Notes: generated by a model not told the origin, from the sequence alone. DNA of 64,000 nucleotides from Barthelona sp. PCE (GCA_040285745.1 JAUFOR010000003.1:558001-622000), one strand, 5' to 3'; numbered from the stretch's first letter, positions 51,715 through 62,830 are shown. Numbers and translations are program-made.

Positions 51715-53340
51715 TTACTCATTAAAGTCAAGACCGCTGATTATATCACCAGTTTTCTTCATCATAGCGATCTTACGCTTTTTCTTACGTGGTTTCTTCT
51801 CCTTCTTCGTAACAATAATTTCAGCTTCTGGAATTTCTTCAACAACTACTTTCTCATGGATTTCCTGCATCTCATTATCCTTTGTAGATACCACTTCTTC
51901 CTCTTCTTTGGGTTCAATCCTCTGTACTTTAACAGGTGGAGCAGTATCTTGCTTTTCTGCATTCAGTTCTTGTTTAATTTTTTCTGCTGCAGAAACATAC
52001 GGTCTGAACTTTCCCTTCTTGATAGATAGTTTCAGATTTGTGTAGTGCATTTTAATTTCTTCAACATCTTCTTCCGCTAGCATCTCTCCCAAATCTTCAC
52101 GCAAAAAGTCGTAGCGTGAGACAAAACTATCGAGACTAGTTGCCAATAATACATGATCACCGTTCTCACATACGTGCCACGAACAGTCGGTAATATGGCG
52201 CCAGTGGACATCTTTGAAAACACATAATGGTGCTGAGTGGATTGTATCGTAAACAGAAATGGATCTTTCAGCACAAATTGCCATATACATCTTATATGGA
52301 GCCTTCAATAGTGGAGATTCAACAGCCATATCTTGTTCTGAGCATTTGTAAAGACCAGGTGCAAACCGAACGACAGTAGTGATTTCGTCACCCAACGATA
52401 TAAACCCACAGGGTTTAGGAAGATCAGTGCGTGAAAAAATTGCAACTGTGTTTGAAACCTGCTTCTCCTCTTTGACATAACCGTGTTTTGTTTCAAACAC
52501 TGACCGGAGCATAGAAGGTTCAATCTCCTTCTCTATGTACCTCTGTGTATTAGTTTCTACTTTCGCACTCGGACAAGCAATAAGTAGACCATCTGGAGAA
52601 AATGCCGGTCGTCTGAAAAATCCTTCAGTAAGGTTTTTATCGATTTTGAGGTTGAATTCGGTGGTGTTGAGCTTGGAAAACTTCTTTGGGTGTCCAAAAT
52701 GATCATGTACAGCATCAATCGTAAATGGCACAAAACATGCACATGGCTCAACTGAAACAGCTGCTGCTATTATATTAAGGGGGTCCATTGCACAGCCCTG
52801 TGCTGCGTTTTTGAAGATGTGTTGCGCTGTGATAGTGCCGTTGGACATGTCCCAAACGAAAAACTGACCATCCTCGTTACAAGTCAACAAGAACCGGTCA
52901 TCGTACGACCAACTTGCGTCTGTGATGGGACCGATGCTGTGCCCCCGTAGGATCATGACATTATCCCACTGTTCGATAGCTTTAAGGTCTTGTAAAAAAC
53001 TACTCATTGGTCTTTTGGATTTTTGCCATATCTTGACCTCGCCATGGCTTCCTCCCGTGGCAACATATCGTCCTGAATTTGAAAAGCGTGCTACTTGACA
53101 GATTGGCTCGTGAGCAACAAACTGTGTAATGAATTTTGGTTTCGAGTGATTTAGGTCTAATTCCCACATAACAACAATTCTGTTAAGTGAAGTGGTAACG
53201 AAACGTGGTTTTGTTGGATGAAAATGAACTGATAGTAAGGAAAAGGCTTCCTTCTTTTTCAATGCCCTTTGGTCACTGCCCCACCATGAGAATTCAAGCA
53301 ATTCGTACCGGGTTTTGCGCCGTTGTAGTCGATCTTGCAT
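51715..53340 (-). CDS. CHAF1B: Chromatin assembly factor 1 subunit B (p60/Cac2)
   Basis: WD40 repeats; FFRRPAFSPDG, PYKMYMAI, VYDT, HWRHITDCSW, TSLDSF. Confidence 0.88.
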   Translation of the reverse strand: MQDRLQRRKTRYELLEFSWWGSDQRALKKKEAFSLLSVHFHPTKPRFVTTSLNRIVVMWELDLNHSKPKFITQFVAHEPICQVARFSNSGRYVATGGSHGEVKIWQKSKRPMSSFLQDLKAIEQWDNVMILRGHSIGPITDASWSYDDRFLLTCNEDGQFFVWDMSNGTITAQHIFKNAAQGCAMDPLNIIAAAVSVEPCACFVPFTIDAVHDHFGHPKKFSKLNTTEFNLKIDKNLTEGFFRRPAFSPDGLLIACPSAKVETNTQRYIEKEIEPSMLRSVFETKHGYVKEEKQVSNTVAIFSRTDLPKPCGFISLGDEITTVVRFAPGLYKCSEQDMAVESPLLKAPYKMYMAICAERSISVYDTIHSAPLCVFKDVHWRHITDCSWHVCENGDHVLLATSLDSFVSRYDFLREDLGEMLAEEDVEEIKMHYTNLKLSIKKGKFRPYVSAAEKIKQELNAEKQDTAPPVKVQRIEPKEEEEVVSTKDNEMQEIHEKVVVEEIPEAEIIVTKKEKKPRKKKRKIAMMKKTGDIISGLDFNE

Positions 53341-53495
53341 GTGAAAGCAGGAAAAAAGCGAATTACATTTAAATCCGTTTTTTTTTTGTTGAATCCTCGA
53401 GCAACACACCAAATTCAAGCTGTAACAAAAATATGAGTTTCATTGTACAAAGTTTCGTTTTTTGTACAATTTTTTCAACCCTTAACAACTTTTAA

Positions 53496-55172
53496 ATGTC
53501 CAGTAGCTTGCCTCCTAAGCCGACAAACACTGAAGACAGCTCCAAAATGGACGATGATGAGTTGTATATGCAACACATCATGGCTAATGATCCAATAATT
53601 GGAATGGACGGGGCTACGTTTATAACAGATGTTAAAGATGAGGGAATGGAGTTCGATGATGATCTTATGATTGATAAAGAGCTTCTAGAAGATATGCTTA
53701 AAGATATTAAACTTGACGATGAAAAAGATGTTGAAATCACACAAGAAGAGCGAGATATCCTTAAAAGGGAGCTCCAGCAGTCACTGTCCCAGTTAGATGG
53801 ACATATTGAGAACCTCTTGTCGAAGGCGCAAGAAGCCCGCACACTGGCGATTGAAACACTCGAGTTGAAAGACTCTGAGGGCAATCCTCTGGTGCAGGTG
53901 CCACCCAATTACGACGAGGTTGTCGATATGATTAAAGCAACTCCACGCGGTGAGCCAATAGACGATCTAAAGCAAATTTTGAATGCCACAATGACCATGC
54001 CAGATTCTGATCGAATGCAGGCGGAGCTAAAGGCCATGCAGATTGAGGACAATAGGATTGATGAATTGATGGGTGAGGAGGACCAGGTAAAATCCAGAGT
54101 AGATCAACTGGTTGAACAGACGAAAGATATATATGGACAATTTTTGAAGACAAAGCTTCTCAGACTCCAAGCGCCTATGACCATGGAAGTCCTTGGATTA
54201 TCTGAAGAAGATTTCATAAAAAAACCAAACAGCGCACGACCCGGTTCAGCCCGTTCAGTCCGTTCAGCCCGTTCGAAGCGCCCCTCGTCAAAGAGTTCAG
54301 TGCGTTCAGCGGCCTCAAAAACGAGACCACAGTCATCTTCAACGAAAAAAAAGCCAGTTGAAACACCACGTGTAGCACCACCGATTGAGGTTGATGTTAG
54401 AGCATTTAGGTTGACAGAAGAGCAGGAGTCGGAGGTTCAATCGATACTTTCGGTTAATGAGGTTCCGGATTCGATTCTTGCTGAGGATGAAGCATTAGGC
54501 AAGTTGTCAGTTATTGATTCAGATTTGTTAAAGTTCGAGGAACATACAGAAGAGATGGATGACGTGTCGGTGCGTGATCTGAGAATGGATTCAGTCGGTG
54601 GTAATTTATATTCCCGTGGTCAACGCGATTATTTAAGAGAGAGACGCGAACGCAATGAGGTTAGCAAACGGTTGAGTAATATAGAATCCCGTCTTGTGCG
54701 CATACAGGGAATTCCTACCGCTCCTGATATCGAATCAGAAAAGATAAGCAATTTAGTAGGTGAATTGCGTTCGTTAAAGCACATCCAAAACGTGATGGAA
54801 GATCACAAGGATATTACAACAGAGGAGGTGCTGGAAGCCATTGGAATCAAGAAACCCAACATAGAAGAGTATTTCCAAAGCCAAAATGAATTGATTGAAG
54901 AAGTTGATGATGTGATCAATGAATTTGAGGAAACTCTTGATGCTGATGCGCTTAAGGAGTACCAGGAGAGCATTTCCAAAAGCGGTATGGATGATATAAT
55001 CCAGCAAATGATCAATGATTATGAACCAGATTTTGAAGGAGAAACTCACGATGTTAGAACGGATTACACAGAGGAAGAGCTCGAAAGCGTTATTCAGAGC
55101 GTTGTAGATCAGTATGATCCGAACATTGATGTCAATACTTTAGGAATTCCAGATGTCATGGATAAAATGTAA
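53496..55172 (+). CDS. Acidic coiled-coil protein, possibly FSIP1-like
   Basis: LTEEQESEVQSIL, LSVIDSDL and DYLRERRER...RLSNIESRL follow the FSIP1 block order; weak match. Confidence 0.5.
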   Translation: MSSSLPPKPTNTEDSSKMDDDELYMQHIMANDPIIGMDGATFITDVKDEGMEFDDDLMIDKELLEDMLKDIKLDDEKDVEITQEERDILKRELQQSLSQLDGHIENLLSKAQEARTLAIETLELKDSEGNPLVQVPPNYDEVVDMIKATPRGEPIDDLKQILNATMTMPDSDRMQAELKAMQIEDNRIDELMGEEDQVKSRVDQLVEQTKDIYGQFLKTKLLRLQAPMTMEVLGLSEEDFIKKPNSARPGSARSVRSARSKRPSSKSSVRSAASKTRPQSSSTKKKPVETPRVAPPIEVDVRAFRLTEEQESEVQSILSVNEVPDSILAEDEALGKLSVIDSDLLKFEEHTEEMDDVSVRDLRMDSVGGNLYSRGQRDYLRERRERNEVSKRLSNIESRLVRIQGIPTAPDIESEKISNLVGELRSLKHIQNVMEDHKDITTEEVLEAIGIKKPNIEEYFQSQNELIEEVDDVINEFEETLDADALKEYQESISKSGMDDIIQQMINDYEPDFEGETHDVRTDYTEEELESVIQSVVDQYDPNIDVNTLGIPDVMDKM

Positions 55173-55294
55173 ATTATGTTGTTGTTTCTCGATATTGGTG
55201 GGCGGAAACAGTCATTAGGTAAGTATAATAAATGTTTAATAATGCGGGTGCTCGTTTAGTTCACTTCACCCTTTTTCGTTGAGTTGGCGCTTTT

Positions 55295-58200
55295 ATGGTT
55301 CGCACAAAAGTACTCTGGCACCAACAGCTGGACTCAGGAGCACCTATTCATGCAATTGCGTGGAACCCGCAAGGTACTCGTTTTGCTATCTCTAAGGACA
55401 ATGAAATTCTCATGTTTCGCGCAACAGATAAGGCACCCATGAAACAGCTTAAGGCGCACGAAGCACCGGTTTACGCTTTAGCTTGGAGCAGCACAGGACA
55501 GTATCTTATTTCGGGATCTGCGGATGGAGTTGTCATCATTTGGACTGCGGAATGTGAGGGAAAATCATCCTTCCAGCTCTCAGATGCTATTCAATCTATT
55601 GACTGCTGCCCTATTAGTAACATTTTTACCGTTGTATCCACATCACAATTTGCTGAGGTCAAGAGCATCACACAACCAGCAGAGAAGTCAAGTTTGGGCA
55701 ACGATGCATGTTGTATTAAGTGGGCTCCTGATGGAACGCAGTATGCAATTGGTTTTTTTGACGGATCGGTAGCTGTACGTAATACAGCTGGGTCTTCTCT
55801 GTACAAGTTGCGCATTCAATCACAGCAGCCCGTGTGGTGTCTGCAGTGGGTTAAAAAAGTTGTAGATGATCAGGAACGCTTGATCCTCGTTGTTGGTTGT
55901 TGGGATCAGTCCTTATCATTTTTTTCTGACACACAGCTGTTGCAGACTGTTAACATTGGGTTTGACCCATGTTTCATGGACTTTGTTAGTGACCAAAACC
56001 TCATTTTATGTGGTGGTTCAAGTGGAAAAGCCAAGTTTTACACACTTTCAGGTGTAGAGGTTGCCACAGTTGCAGAGGCTCAGAGCTGGATCTGGCAAGG
56101 CGCAATCAGACCGGACACGACACAGTTGACGTTGGGTACGTATAGCGGTACCATAGCATCTGAAATAATAATATTCCCCATGATTCATTCATTGTACAAC
56201 GACACATATGTTTTCTTGGAGAAACTTAATAATGTTGTCATCCAAAACACAATAACAGATGCAAGGTCACGTATTGTATGTCCAAGCACAGTGAAGAAGA
56301 TTGCAGTGTACGATAATAGGTTAGCAATCATGCTGGAAGATAAGATATTAGTCTATCGTTTGAACGTCAATGATCATGGTGGTTGGAACATCAAGCATTA
56401 CAGCAGTGTCCCGATGACCAACGATAGCGCGTTAATGTTGGTCACTGCCCAGGCTATGCTTTTCTGTTCTGACGTCTTAATTGAGGCCTACGACTTTTCA
56501 GCCAACATGCTCAAGAAATGGGAGTTCCCCGCCGCTATCAGATACGCTAAGGTGTTTACAAGTATAGCCGGCAATGAGGTTCTGCTTATAGGACTGAAGA
56601 ATGGTGACATCTACCGTATGTATCTTGGTGCTGATTTCTATACTCATCTACTGACAGTTAACGGTTCAGTACGCTGTATCGACTTTAACGCTAACCGTAC
56701 CAAGATTGCATGTGTCGATGGTCTTTCAACATTAACGATATACAATCTGAAGACCAAGACTGTAGAATATACACATAAGGGGATCACAACTTGTTCATTT
56801 AACAGATACCATGACGATTTAATATCTTTTGCAGGTCAGAAGACGATGTTTCTGAAATGTGATAAGTTTCCTATTATTGAGACATCACATAACGGTTATT
56901 GTGTTGGTTTCCAGAACAATAAGGTATTTCTACTTAATTTTAACAATGTTTCTATTCTTGATGTCTCATTCAGTATTGATATACGACGTTATGTTTCTTT
57001 GAATGAATTCAAGAAGGCTTGGAAATTATCCACACTTGGCTCAACAGATCAGGATATTGAGTATATTGGTATGTTTGCACTTCGTAACCTTAATTTCGAA
57101 GTAGCAAAACAGTGTTATCAGCGCCTGAAGAAGGTTTTTGAATATGAATACATTGTCGGTTTAGAGAAGAGTTTGAAGGCCGGTGTTGACAGGAATGAAT
57201 TGCAAGGACGTATCTACGCGTTCCTGGGTCAGTTCAAGCAGGCGTCTCAGTTCTTCCAGAAGAGCAACCCATCGCTTAGCGTTGAGATGTATTCAGACCT
57301 GTGTAAGTGGGAGGAGTGCCCACTGGTCACAAACGAGCTGATCGAGAGGCAAGCTACGTATGAGTATGATCTCGGTAACGTTCAGCGATCGGCACAACTG
57401 TATATGAGCATCAAGAACTTTGATAAGGCTGTTAAATTAACTCTAGAGGATGGTGAAATTGAAGGCATCTTGAAAATTGCAAGGTTGGTACCTCGTCAAG
57501 AGGTTGATTTGTTGAGGAAATTAAGTAATGTTCTCGTTAAATGTAATCAGATCGACGCTGCACGTGACATTCTCGTTAAGATTGGTGATCAAGCAAGTGT
57601 TATCAATTTGTTGATCCACGAAAAGGATTGGGATACGCTTTTTATACAGATCAAAACATATCCTGAGTATTCAACAAAGGTTCACACCGCATATGGATCG
57701 TATCTAATTGAGAATAATGAATTTGAATCAGCCATAGAACATTTGAATATGGCAGGAAACCTCGAGTCATCAATTGCTATTATGCGTCGACTCTTATTTT
57801 GTAATATCATGATTCACAACCTCCGAAGAATCTCCCTATTTTGTCAAAAACTCAATTTAGATACACTAGTTTTGATGGGTAAGACGACTAATAATAATAT
57901 GTTACGTGCTCTTTCAAAGTATTCTATAGAGACCAACAGACATGCGCTTCTGTACCACTGCTATGACTTAATCGAACGCCATATCAAGGTTCCTTTCTCT
58001 TCAATGAGTGACCGAGCTCTTTTTAATGCTTCAGTGTTGTTAATGGGATTTATCAGTGACTTGGATGTGTTACCGTACATGATGGATGTGTCGTTTGTCC
58101 TGTTCGTGCTTGCACAGAGCGCATATAAGCTCGGATGCAACAAAACTGCACGTGAGGCTCTCCAAAGTCTTTTACAACATAAAGTTAAGGAGCAAATCCA

Positions 58201-58693
58201 CCAACAAGCAACAAATTTATTCATTCAGCTCCGTGGCAAGCCGTTTTCGGATAACCAAGAGTTTGAATCATCATGCTCACAGTGTGGTAGTGCTTTGAAC
58301 ATTATCGAACCCAGTGACACATGTCGAGTGTGTAACACACAACGAGTTAGATGTATGGCCAGCTTTGAAATCATCCCTATTTGCGAGTTTTTCATTCCTC
58401 CTGAGATGGATGTTGAGAGAGCTATTCATTATGCAAATCTTGAGAGTGGAGAAGAGGTAACACTCCCGATGGCTGAATCTATCATGTTGTCTGAAGATGA
58501 TCTCACACTTCTCAGTCCAGATTCGGTGTTTGTGCATCAAAATGTGGATGCTGGTTTAACTTGTTTCTACTATTTAAGGGAAGACATTCCAATTTATATG
58601 TGTTCAAGTTGCGGTAAGTTCTTGCTTGATGAATACTATGAGGAGGCATGCTTGAACGGATCTTGTCCGATGTGTAACGTTGCGCTTGAATAA
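55295..58693 (+). CDS. IFT122: Intraflagellar transport protein 122
   Basis: N-terminal WD40 propellers (LKAH..VYALAWS, GFDPC), VKKIAVY.NRLAI, alpha-solenoid, PFSD, C-terminal CxxC pairs. Confidence 0.92.
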   Translation: MVRTKVLWHQQLDSGAPIHAIAWNPQGTRFAISKDNEILMFRATDKAPMKQLKAHEAPVYALAWSSTGQYLISGSADGVVIIWTAECEGKSSFQLSDAIQSIDCCPISNIFTVVSTSQFAEVKSITQPAEKSSLGNDACCIKWAPDGTQYAIGFFDGSVAVRNTAGSSLYKLRIQSQQPVWCLQWVKKVVDDQERLILVVGCWDQSLSFFSDTQLLQTVNIGFDPCFMDFVSDQNLILCGGSSGKAKFYTLSGVEVATVAEAQSWIWQGAIRPDTTQLTLGTYSGTIASEIIIFPMIHSLYNDTYVFLEKLNNVVIQNTITDARSRIVCPSTVKKIAVYDNRLAIMLEDKILVYRLNVNDHGGWNIKHYSSVPMTNDSALMLVTAQAMLFCSDVLIEAYDFSANMLKKWEFPAAIRYAKVFTSIAGNEVLLIGLKNGDIYRMYLGADFYTHLLTVNGSVRCIDFNANRTKIACVDGLSTLTIYNLKTKTVEYTHKGITTCSFNRYHDDLISFAGQKTMFLKCDKFPIIETSHNGYCVGFQNNKVFLLNFNNVSILDVSFSIDIRRYVSLNEFKKAWKLSTLGSTDQDIEYIGMFALRNLNFEVAKQCYQRLKKVFEYEYIVGLEKSLKAGVDRNELQGRIYAFLGQFKQASQFFQKSNPSLSVEMYSDLCKWEECPLVTNELIERQATYEYDLGNVQRSAQLYMSIKNFDKAVKLTLEDGEIEGILKIARLVPRQEVDLLRKLSNVLVKCNQIDAARDILVKIGDQASVINLLIHEKDWDTLFIQIKTYPEYSTKVHTAYGSYLIENNEFESAIEHLNMAGNLESSIAIMRRLLFCNIMIHNLRRISLFCQKLNLDTLVLMGKTTNNNMLRALSKYSIETNRHALLYHCYDLIERHIKVPFSSMSDRALFNASVLLMGFISDLDVLPYMMDVSFVLFVLAQSAYKLGCNKTAREALQSLLQHKVKEQIHQQATNLFIQLRGKPFSDNQEFESSCSQCGSALNIIEPSDTCRVCNTQRVRCMASFEIIPICEFFIPPEMDVERAIHYANLESGEEVTLPMAESIMLSEDDLTLLSPDSVFVHQNVDAGLTCFYYLREDIPIYMCSSCGKFLLDEYYEEACLNGSCPMCNVALE

Positions 58694-58849
58694 ATAACAG
58701 TATTGTTTTGCCTGTGATTGATTTTCTTCTTTTGCCTTAATTTTTTCAGTTTTTACCTGTATCCATGAGTTTACACGTGTATATGGATTATTTATGAGTG
58801 TGATGGCGCATATTAGAGGTAGAAGCTTGTTTAAAAGAATTTCACTTCT

Positions 58850-59137
58850 ATGGTTAAGATAACTAACTACTTAAAACGACTTGTGAGGGACACGTTAACT
58901 GTGGAGCTTAAAAATGGGTCAGTCGCACGAGGAACTGTTGAATCTGTTGATGGTTCAATGAATATTCTTTTAAAGGATGTTAAGGTTACGCTCCCGAAGC
59001 GACCAACTGAGATGTACGATTATTTGGATATTAGGGGCAGTCAGATTAGGTATCTGCTTTTTCCACAAACTCTAAGCTTAGAACGCTTTTTACAACCAGT
59101 GAAACCTTCTCGAAACCCACAGAAAAAGTCAAATTGA
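58850..59137 (+). CDS. SNRPD1: Small nuclear ribonucleoprotein Sm D1
   Basis: TVELKNGS...GTV.SVD.SMN..LK.VK.TL; IRGSQIRY..P..L.L; lacks a GR tail. Confidence 0.85.
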   Translation: MVKITNYLKRLVRDTLTVELKNGSVARGTVESVDGSMNILLKDVKVTLPKRPTEMYDYLDIRGSQIRYLLFPQTLSLERFLQPVKPSRNPQKKSN

Positions 59138-59142
59138 TGATG

Positions 59143-59613
59143 TTACACAACTGTTTCAAGGTATTCGACAACAAGACCGTTTAAAGATGATTCACCTTCT
59201 TTTTTAGGTGTTTGACGGAGTTCATTGATGACCTCTACGGCTTCAAGGATAATTTCGGCAGTCTCTTCATTGTCACAGTGAATGCTGGTGATTAATGTCT
59301 CTAATAAATCATATTCTTCGTTTTCGTAATAATCCAACAGCTTACCGACTATAATTTCGCTTATATTATCTGTTTCAGGAATATTTTCTAGTTCTAAATC
59401 AATGCGACGCCTTAGAATAGATTCCCTAGTTCGAAATTCGCTTTTATCCCAATCCTTTGATCCCAGAGTCAAACCCACCGCCTTGGGGTTGTTTAGCAGC
59501 TGAAGAAAAGCTTCTGATAAAGGGAAAGCTTCTTTCAATTCTAACGTTCCCATTTTTGATCTTTTGTGTGTAGCTCTGGCGCTGTTAATTAGTCTAGCCG
59601 TTGGTGACTGCAT
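59143..59613 (-). CDS. Hypothetical protein
   Basis: 156-aa ATG ORF with acidic helical C-terminus. Confidence 0.6.
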   Translation of the reverse strand: MQSPTARLINSARATHKRSKMGTLELKEAFPLSEAFLQLLNNPKAVGLTLGSKDWDKSEFRTRESILRRRIDLELENIPETDNISEIIVGKLLDYYENEEYDLLETLITSIHCDNEETAEIILEAVEVINELRQTPKKEGESSLNGLVVEYLETVV

Positions 59614-59726
59614 GATACAAAATAAATCCAATAAATGCAAAAGATAAGGTAGATAAAAAAGTCAACAAATTTTGATATTTTTACATTGATAGATATGAAT
59701 CAAATAAAACAATTGCTCTGATTACC

Positions 59727-60299
59727 TTACCATTCCTTGAGGAAATCAGCAAACTTCAAAACAGCTTGACCACGATGGGAAATTGAATTCTTGTACTCAG
59801 CAGACATTTCGGCATATGTTTGAGCTTCCTCAGCCTCCTGTTGAACAGGTTCAAAGATGGGGTCCCAACCAAAGGCATGGGGACCTCTAGCCGGTACAAT
59901 CTTTCCCTGGCATTGTCCAACAAATGTGTATATTTCCTCGTCTACACCATTATTGAAACATAAAACGCACTCAGCATGGGCAGACTTATCCTCATAAGCC
60001 ATCAGCATGTTGTTGAGACCCTCATGATGTAACTTCTTGAGGAAGAACTTGATGAACGGACCAGGAAGGTTACCTATAGCGTGAAAACATAAACCTGTAT
60101 CTTCAACGATAATAGGGCCTGTGACGTCAGGATGGGCCATTGCAGCACGACATTTCATGATTGAAACCTCTTCAACAGACATTTCCTGAACCTCAGGACC
60201 TAAATCAACATCCAAAGCAACAACCTCCATTCCTTCGAGGATTTTCTCGACCTCTGCGGCCTTGTTCTTGTTGCCAGTAACAAATGTGATGCTTTCCAT
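59727..60299 (-). CDS. ITPA: Inosine triphosphate pyrophosphatase (Ham1)
   Basis: FVTGNKNK, VEDTGL, LPGPFIK, FGWDPIF, KNSISHR. Confidence 0.96.
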   Translation of the reverse strand: MESITFVTGNKNKAAEVEKILEGMEVVALDVDLGPEVQEMSVEEVSIMKCRAAMAHPDVTGPIIVEDTGLCFHAIGNLPGPFIKFFLKKLHHEGLNNMLMAYEDKSAHAECVLCFNNGVDEEIYTFVGQCQGKIVPARGPHAFGWDPIFEPVQQEAEEAQTYAEMSAEYKNSISHRGQAVLKFADFLKEW

Positions 60300-60480
60300 T
60301 AATGAAATAAGTTAAAAAAATATAAGCAGCCCAAACCTGGTCCCTTTCTGTTCAAGTAGAAGAATCTCGTTCACCACATACGGATGAGTTAATTTTCACC
60401 CAATAATACAAGAAAAATTATGTGTAAGAGGTTAAAAAAAGGTTATTAGTCCATAAGTCCAATCCTATTTACTTCAACAA

Positions 60481-61110
60481 TTATAACACCTTCTCATGAT
60501 GTAAAAACTTCTTGATGTACAACATTTCGTATATACTTATACCAACAATAACCATAATAAAGAAAATTGTGAAACGGGGTACACGGCTGTTTGTTGCTTC
60601 ACTTGTATCACGCATATTTGCTTCTCGGTCACGAAGATACATTGCCTGGGCATGGACGTCACGTGCCATATCAAGGGCATACTGTACTTCAACGTGCAAT
60701 GGGTCAAGATGCTGTTTCATAGCAAGTTGTCTGTAATCACGACCGCTTTGTCCCACTTTGTAATCAAATTCAATGATTCGGGACCACTCGCTATTGGGGT
60801 CACTCTGAAAATGTGAAATAAAACAAAATCTGTGCTCACCATATGACTTTGAGCTGAATGCAAATTTGGTTTTGTCTTCTGTTACCAAGTCACGCTGATA
60901 TAGAGATGTTCCATCAGGATTGAACACCGTGAATGCAATATCAAACTCTTTCGTTGTCTCATCAAGAACTTGGACATCATGTGTGTAACCATTAATGAGC
61001 GTGCCCTTACCCAAGTCTTCGGAGAAACACTTCTGCCCATTGGGTGCCATATAAAACCGAATAGCGGAGGCTGCCGACAGGAAAAATAATACCAGCACCA
61101 AAAAACGCAT
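60481..61110 (-). CDS. p24/TMED cargo receptor (GOLD domain)
   Basis: Signal peptide, KCFSEDL, FCF, YLRDREANMRDTSEATNSRV, TM helix, tail KKFLHHEKVL. Confidence 0.92.
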   Translation of the reverse strand: MRFLVLVLFFLSAASAIRFYMAPNGQKCFSEDLGKGTLINGYTHDVQVLDETTKEFDIAFTVFNPDGTSLYQRDLVTEDKTKFAFSSKSYGEHRFCFISHFQSDPNSEWSRIIEFDYKVGQSGRDYRQLAMKQHLDPLHVEVQYALDMARDVHAQAMYLRDREANMRDTSEATNSRVPRFTIFFIMVIVGISIYEMLYIKKFLHHEKVL

Positions 61111-61255
61111 TGATATGGGGGAAAATCTGTTTAACAAACAAATATGCGGTTAATCACACTGTGAGCTCTGCTCAAATGGATAGGTACAGCGAATTTACAG
61201 GACCAATAACTCCAAACAAGGAAATGGCTCATAATTACATTTTTCCCTCTCAACA

Positions 61256-62818
61256 ATGCAATTCGACAACGTCGACTTCGTGCCTGTGGATAACGACAAT
61301 CCCAAGGCTATCTTCGGGAATCACAAGTTTCAAGCAAACAAAGACATGAACGTAGGTGATGTCATTTTTACAGAGACTCCTTTATTCCGTACGCTAGCAC
61401 CTGGGTTCACAAACCGCATCTGTCCCAACTGTCTTGATCTTTTGCCAATGGATCAGTATCGTTCAGAGGAAATGGAATCAACAAAGAAGTGTGACGATTG
61501 CATTTTGTTTTTTTGCTCTGAAGAATGTCATAATGAATGTGACGTCCACCGTATGAACTGCCAATTCTTCAGTATCATGAGTAGCGAGGAGATGTCAGAT
61601 CAAATTGATATTATTGATGTTCATCTGTGGCTTTATTCCTTAATCTATCTGACTATGCTTCACGAAGGAAAGCTTGATATTCTCAAGGACCTTGCCCCTG
61701 CCGACTTTTCCGTTATGCCAATCGAAAGAATGGAGTATTGGTTGGAGCAAGCCGAACTGTTCAAGAATTTCCTCAAAAAGTACGATGATCGTTTCCCGTT
61801 GGAGGCAGAAAAGGTGACAGGCGAAGAGATTGCGCTTGCGTTCTACCATCTTAACACATTGCCCTGTCCCATGCCTTCCAAGAATGAAGAAATTAGCGAG
61901 GTTGGTTATGGTGTTTTCATTCACATGCATTACTTCCAACACAGCTGTGTCCCCAACGCCATCATCCACCAAAGCAACAAAGAGATTGTATTCAGGGCTG
62001 TTAAGCCGATCAAGGCTGGCGATGAAATCACAGTTTCGTGGATTAAGCTCTTCCAGTCAGCTCCCAAGAGACAGCAACAGCTCATGGGAATACGCGGAAC
62101 AAGGTGTCAATGTGAGCGATGCACTTCACCCGAGCGTGTCGAATATGACCAGCAATTTGATTCACTCGTGTGCCCTGAATGTGAGCAACAAGCTCTTGTC
62201 ATCACCCCTTCTAAGCAGGGCGTCTGTTATGCATGCAAGCACGTCACCAGTGATAAGTACATCACCGATATCCAGACTCAGCTGCGTCTTCTTGAGGACA
62301 CGTTCAAAACTATTCTGAACCAACGCTCAAACAATGAATTCGAGAAATTGTCTCGCGCAAGTAATCAGTACTGTAAGATCAGCGAGTATTGCAAGGCAAA
62401 GTTCGGAGAGAAGAATGCAGACTACCTTGAGGTTATTAAGAAGAGAACAACTTTAACAAAGCGTTTGCGTAATTGGAAGAGTGCATTAGAAGCAGTTGAT
62501 GAGGTTCTCCGCTGGGTTGATGACGAGAAGGTCATCACACCTTATAACCCAGAACGTGGTGAGTTGTTGCTTGCACGCATTTTCTACAGATTGGAGTGGA
62601 TTAAAGATTTGGAGAATGTAACTGTTGAAGAATTGAAGAAGCCTGCTCTGGCTAAAGCACTTAAGCGCGATATTATCAAGAAGAGGGAATTGCTGGACAC
62701 TGTAAGAGAAATATTCACTGTTGTTGAAGGTGAAAACTCTGCTCATATCAAATCAGCCGATAAGTTTGATTTAGTAATTGCTGAATTTATGAACGATCCC
62801 ACCATTGCCAGGAAATAA
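61256..62818 (+). CDS. SMYD-type SET/MYND protein
   Basis: GDVIFTETP, MYND-like CxxC...C..C.....CSEEC, HSCVPNA, GDEITVSW, post-SET CQCERC, helical C-terminus. Confidence 0.85.
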   Translation: MQFDNVDFVPVDNDNPKAIFGNHKFQANKDMNVGDVIFTETPLFRTLAPGFTNRICPNCLDLLPMDQYRSEEMESTKKCDDCILFFCSEECHNECDVHRMNCQFFSIMSSEEMSDQIDIIDVHLWLYSLIYLTMLHEGKLDILKDLAPADFSVMPIERMEYWLEQAELFKNFLKKYDDRFPLEAEKVTGEEIALAFYHLNTLPCPMPSKNEEISEVGYGVFIHMHYFQHSCVPNAIIHQSNKEIVFRAVKPIKAGDEITVSWIKLFQSAPKRQQQLMGIRGTRCQCERCTSPERVEYDQQFDSLVCPECEQQALVITPSKQGVCYACKHVTSDKYITDIQTQLRLLEDTFKTILNQRSNNEFEKLSRASNQYCKISEYCKAKFGEKNADYLEVIKKRTTLTKRLRNWKSALEAVDEVLRWVDDEKVITPYNPERGELLLARIFYRLEWIKDLENVTVEELKKPALAKALKRDIIKKRELLDTVREIFTVVEGENSAHIKSADKFDLVIAEFMNDPTIARK

Positions 62819-62830
62819 ATATATTTTGTT

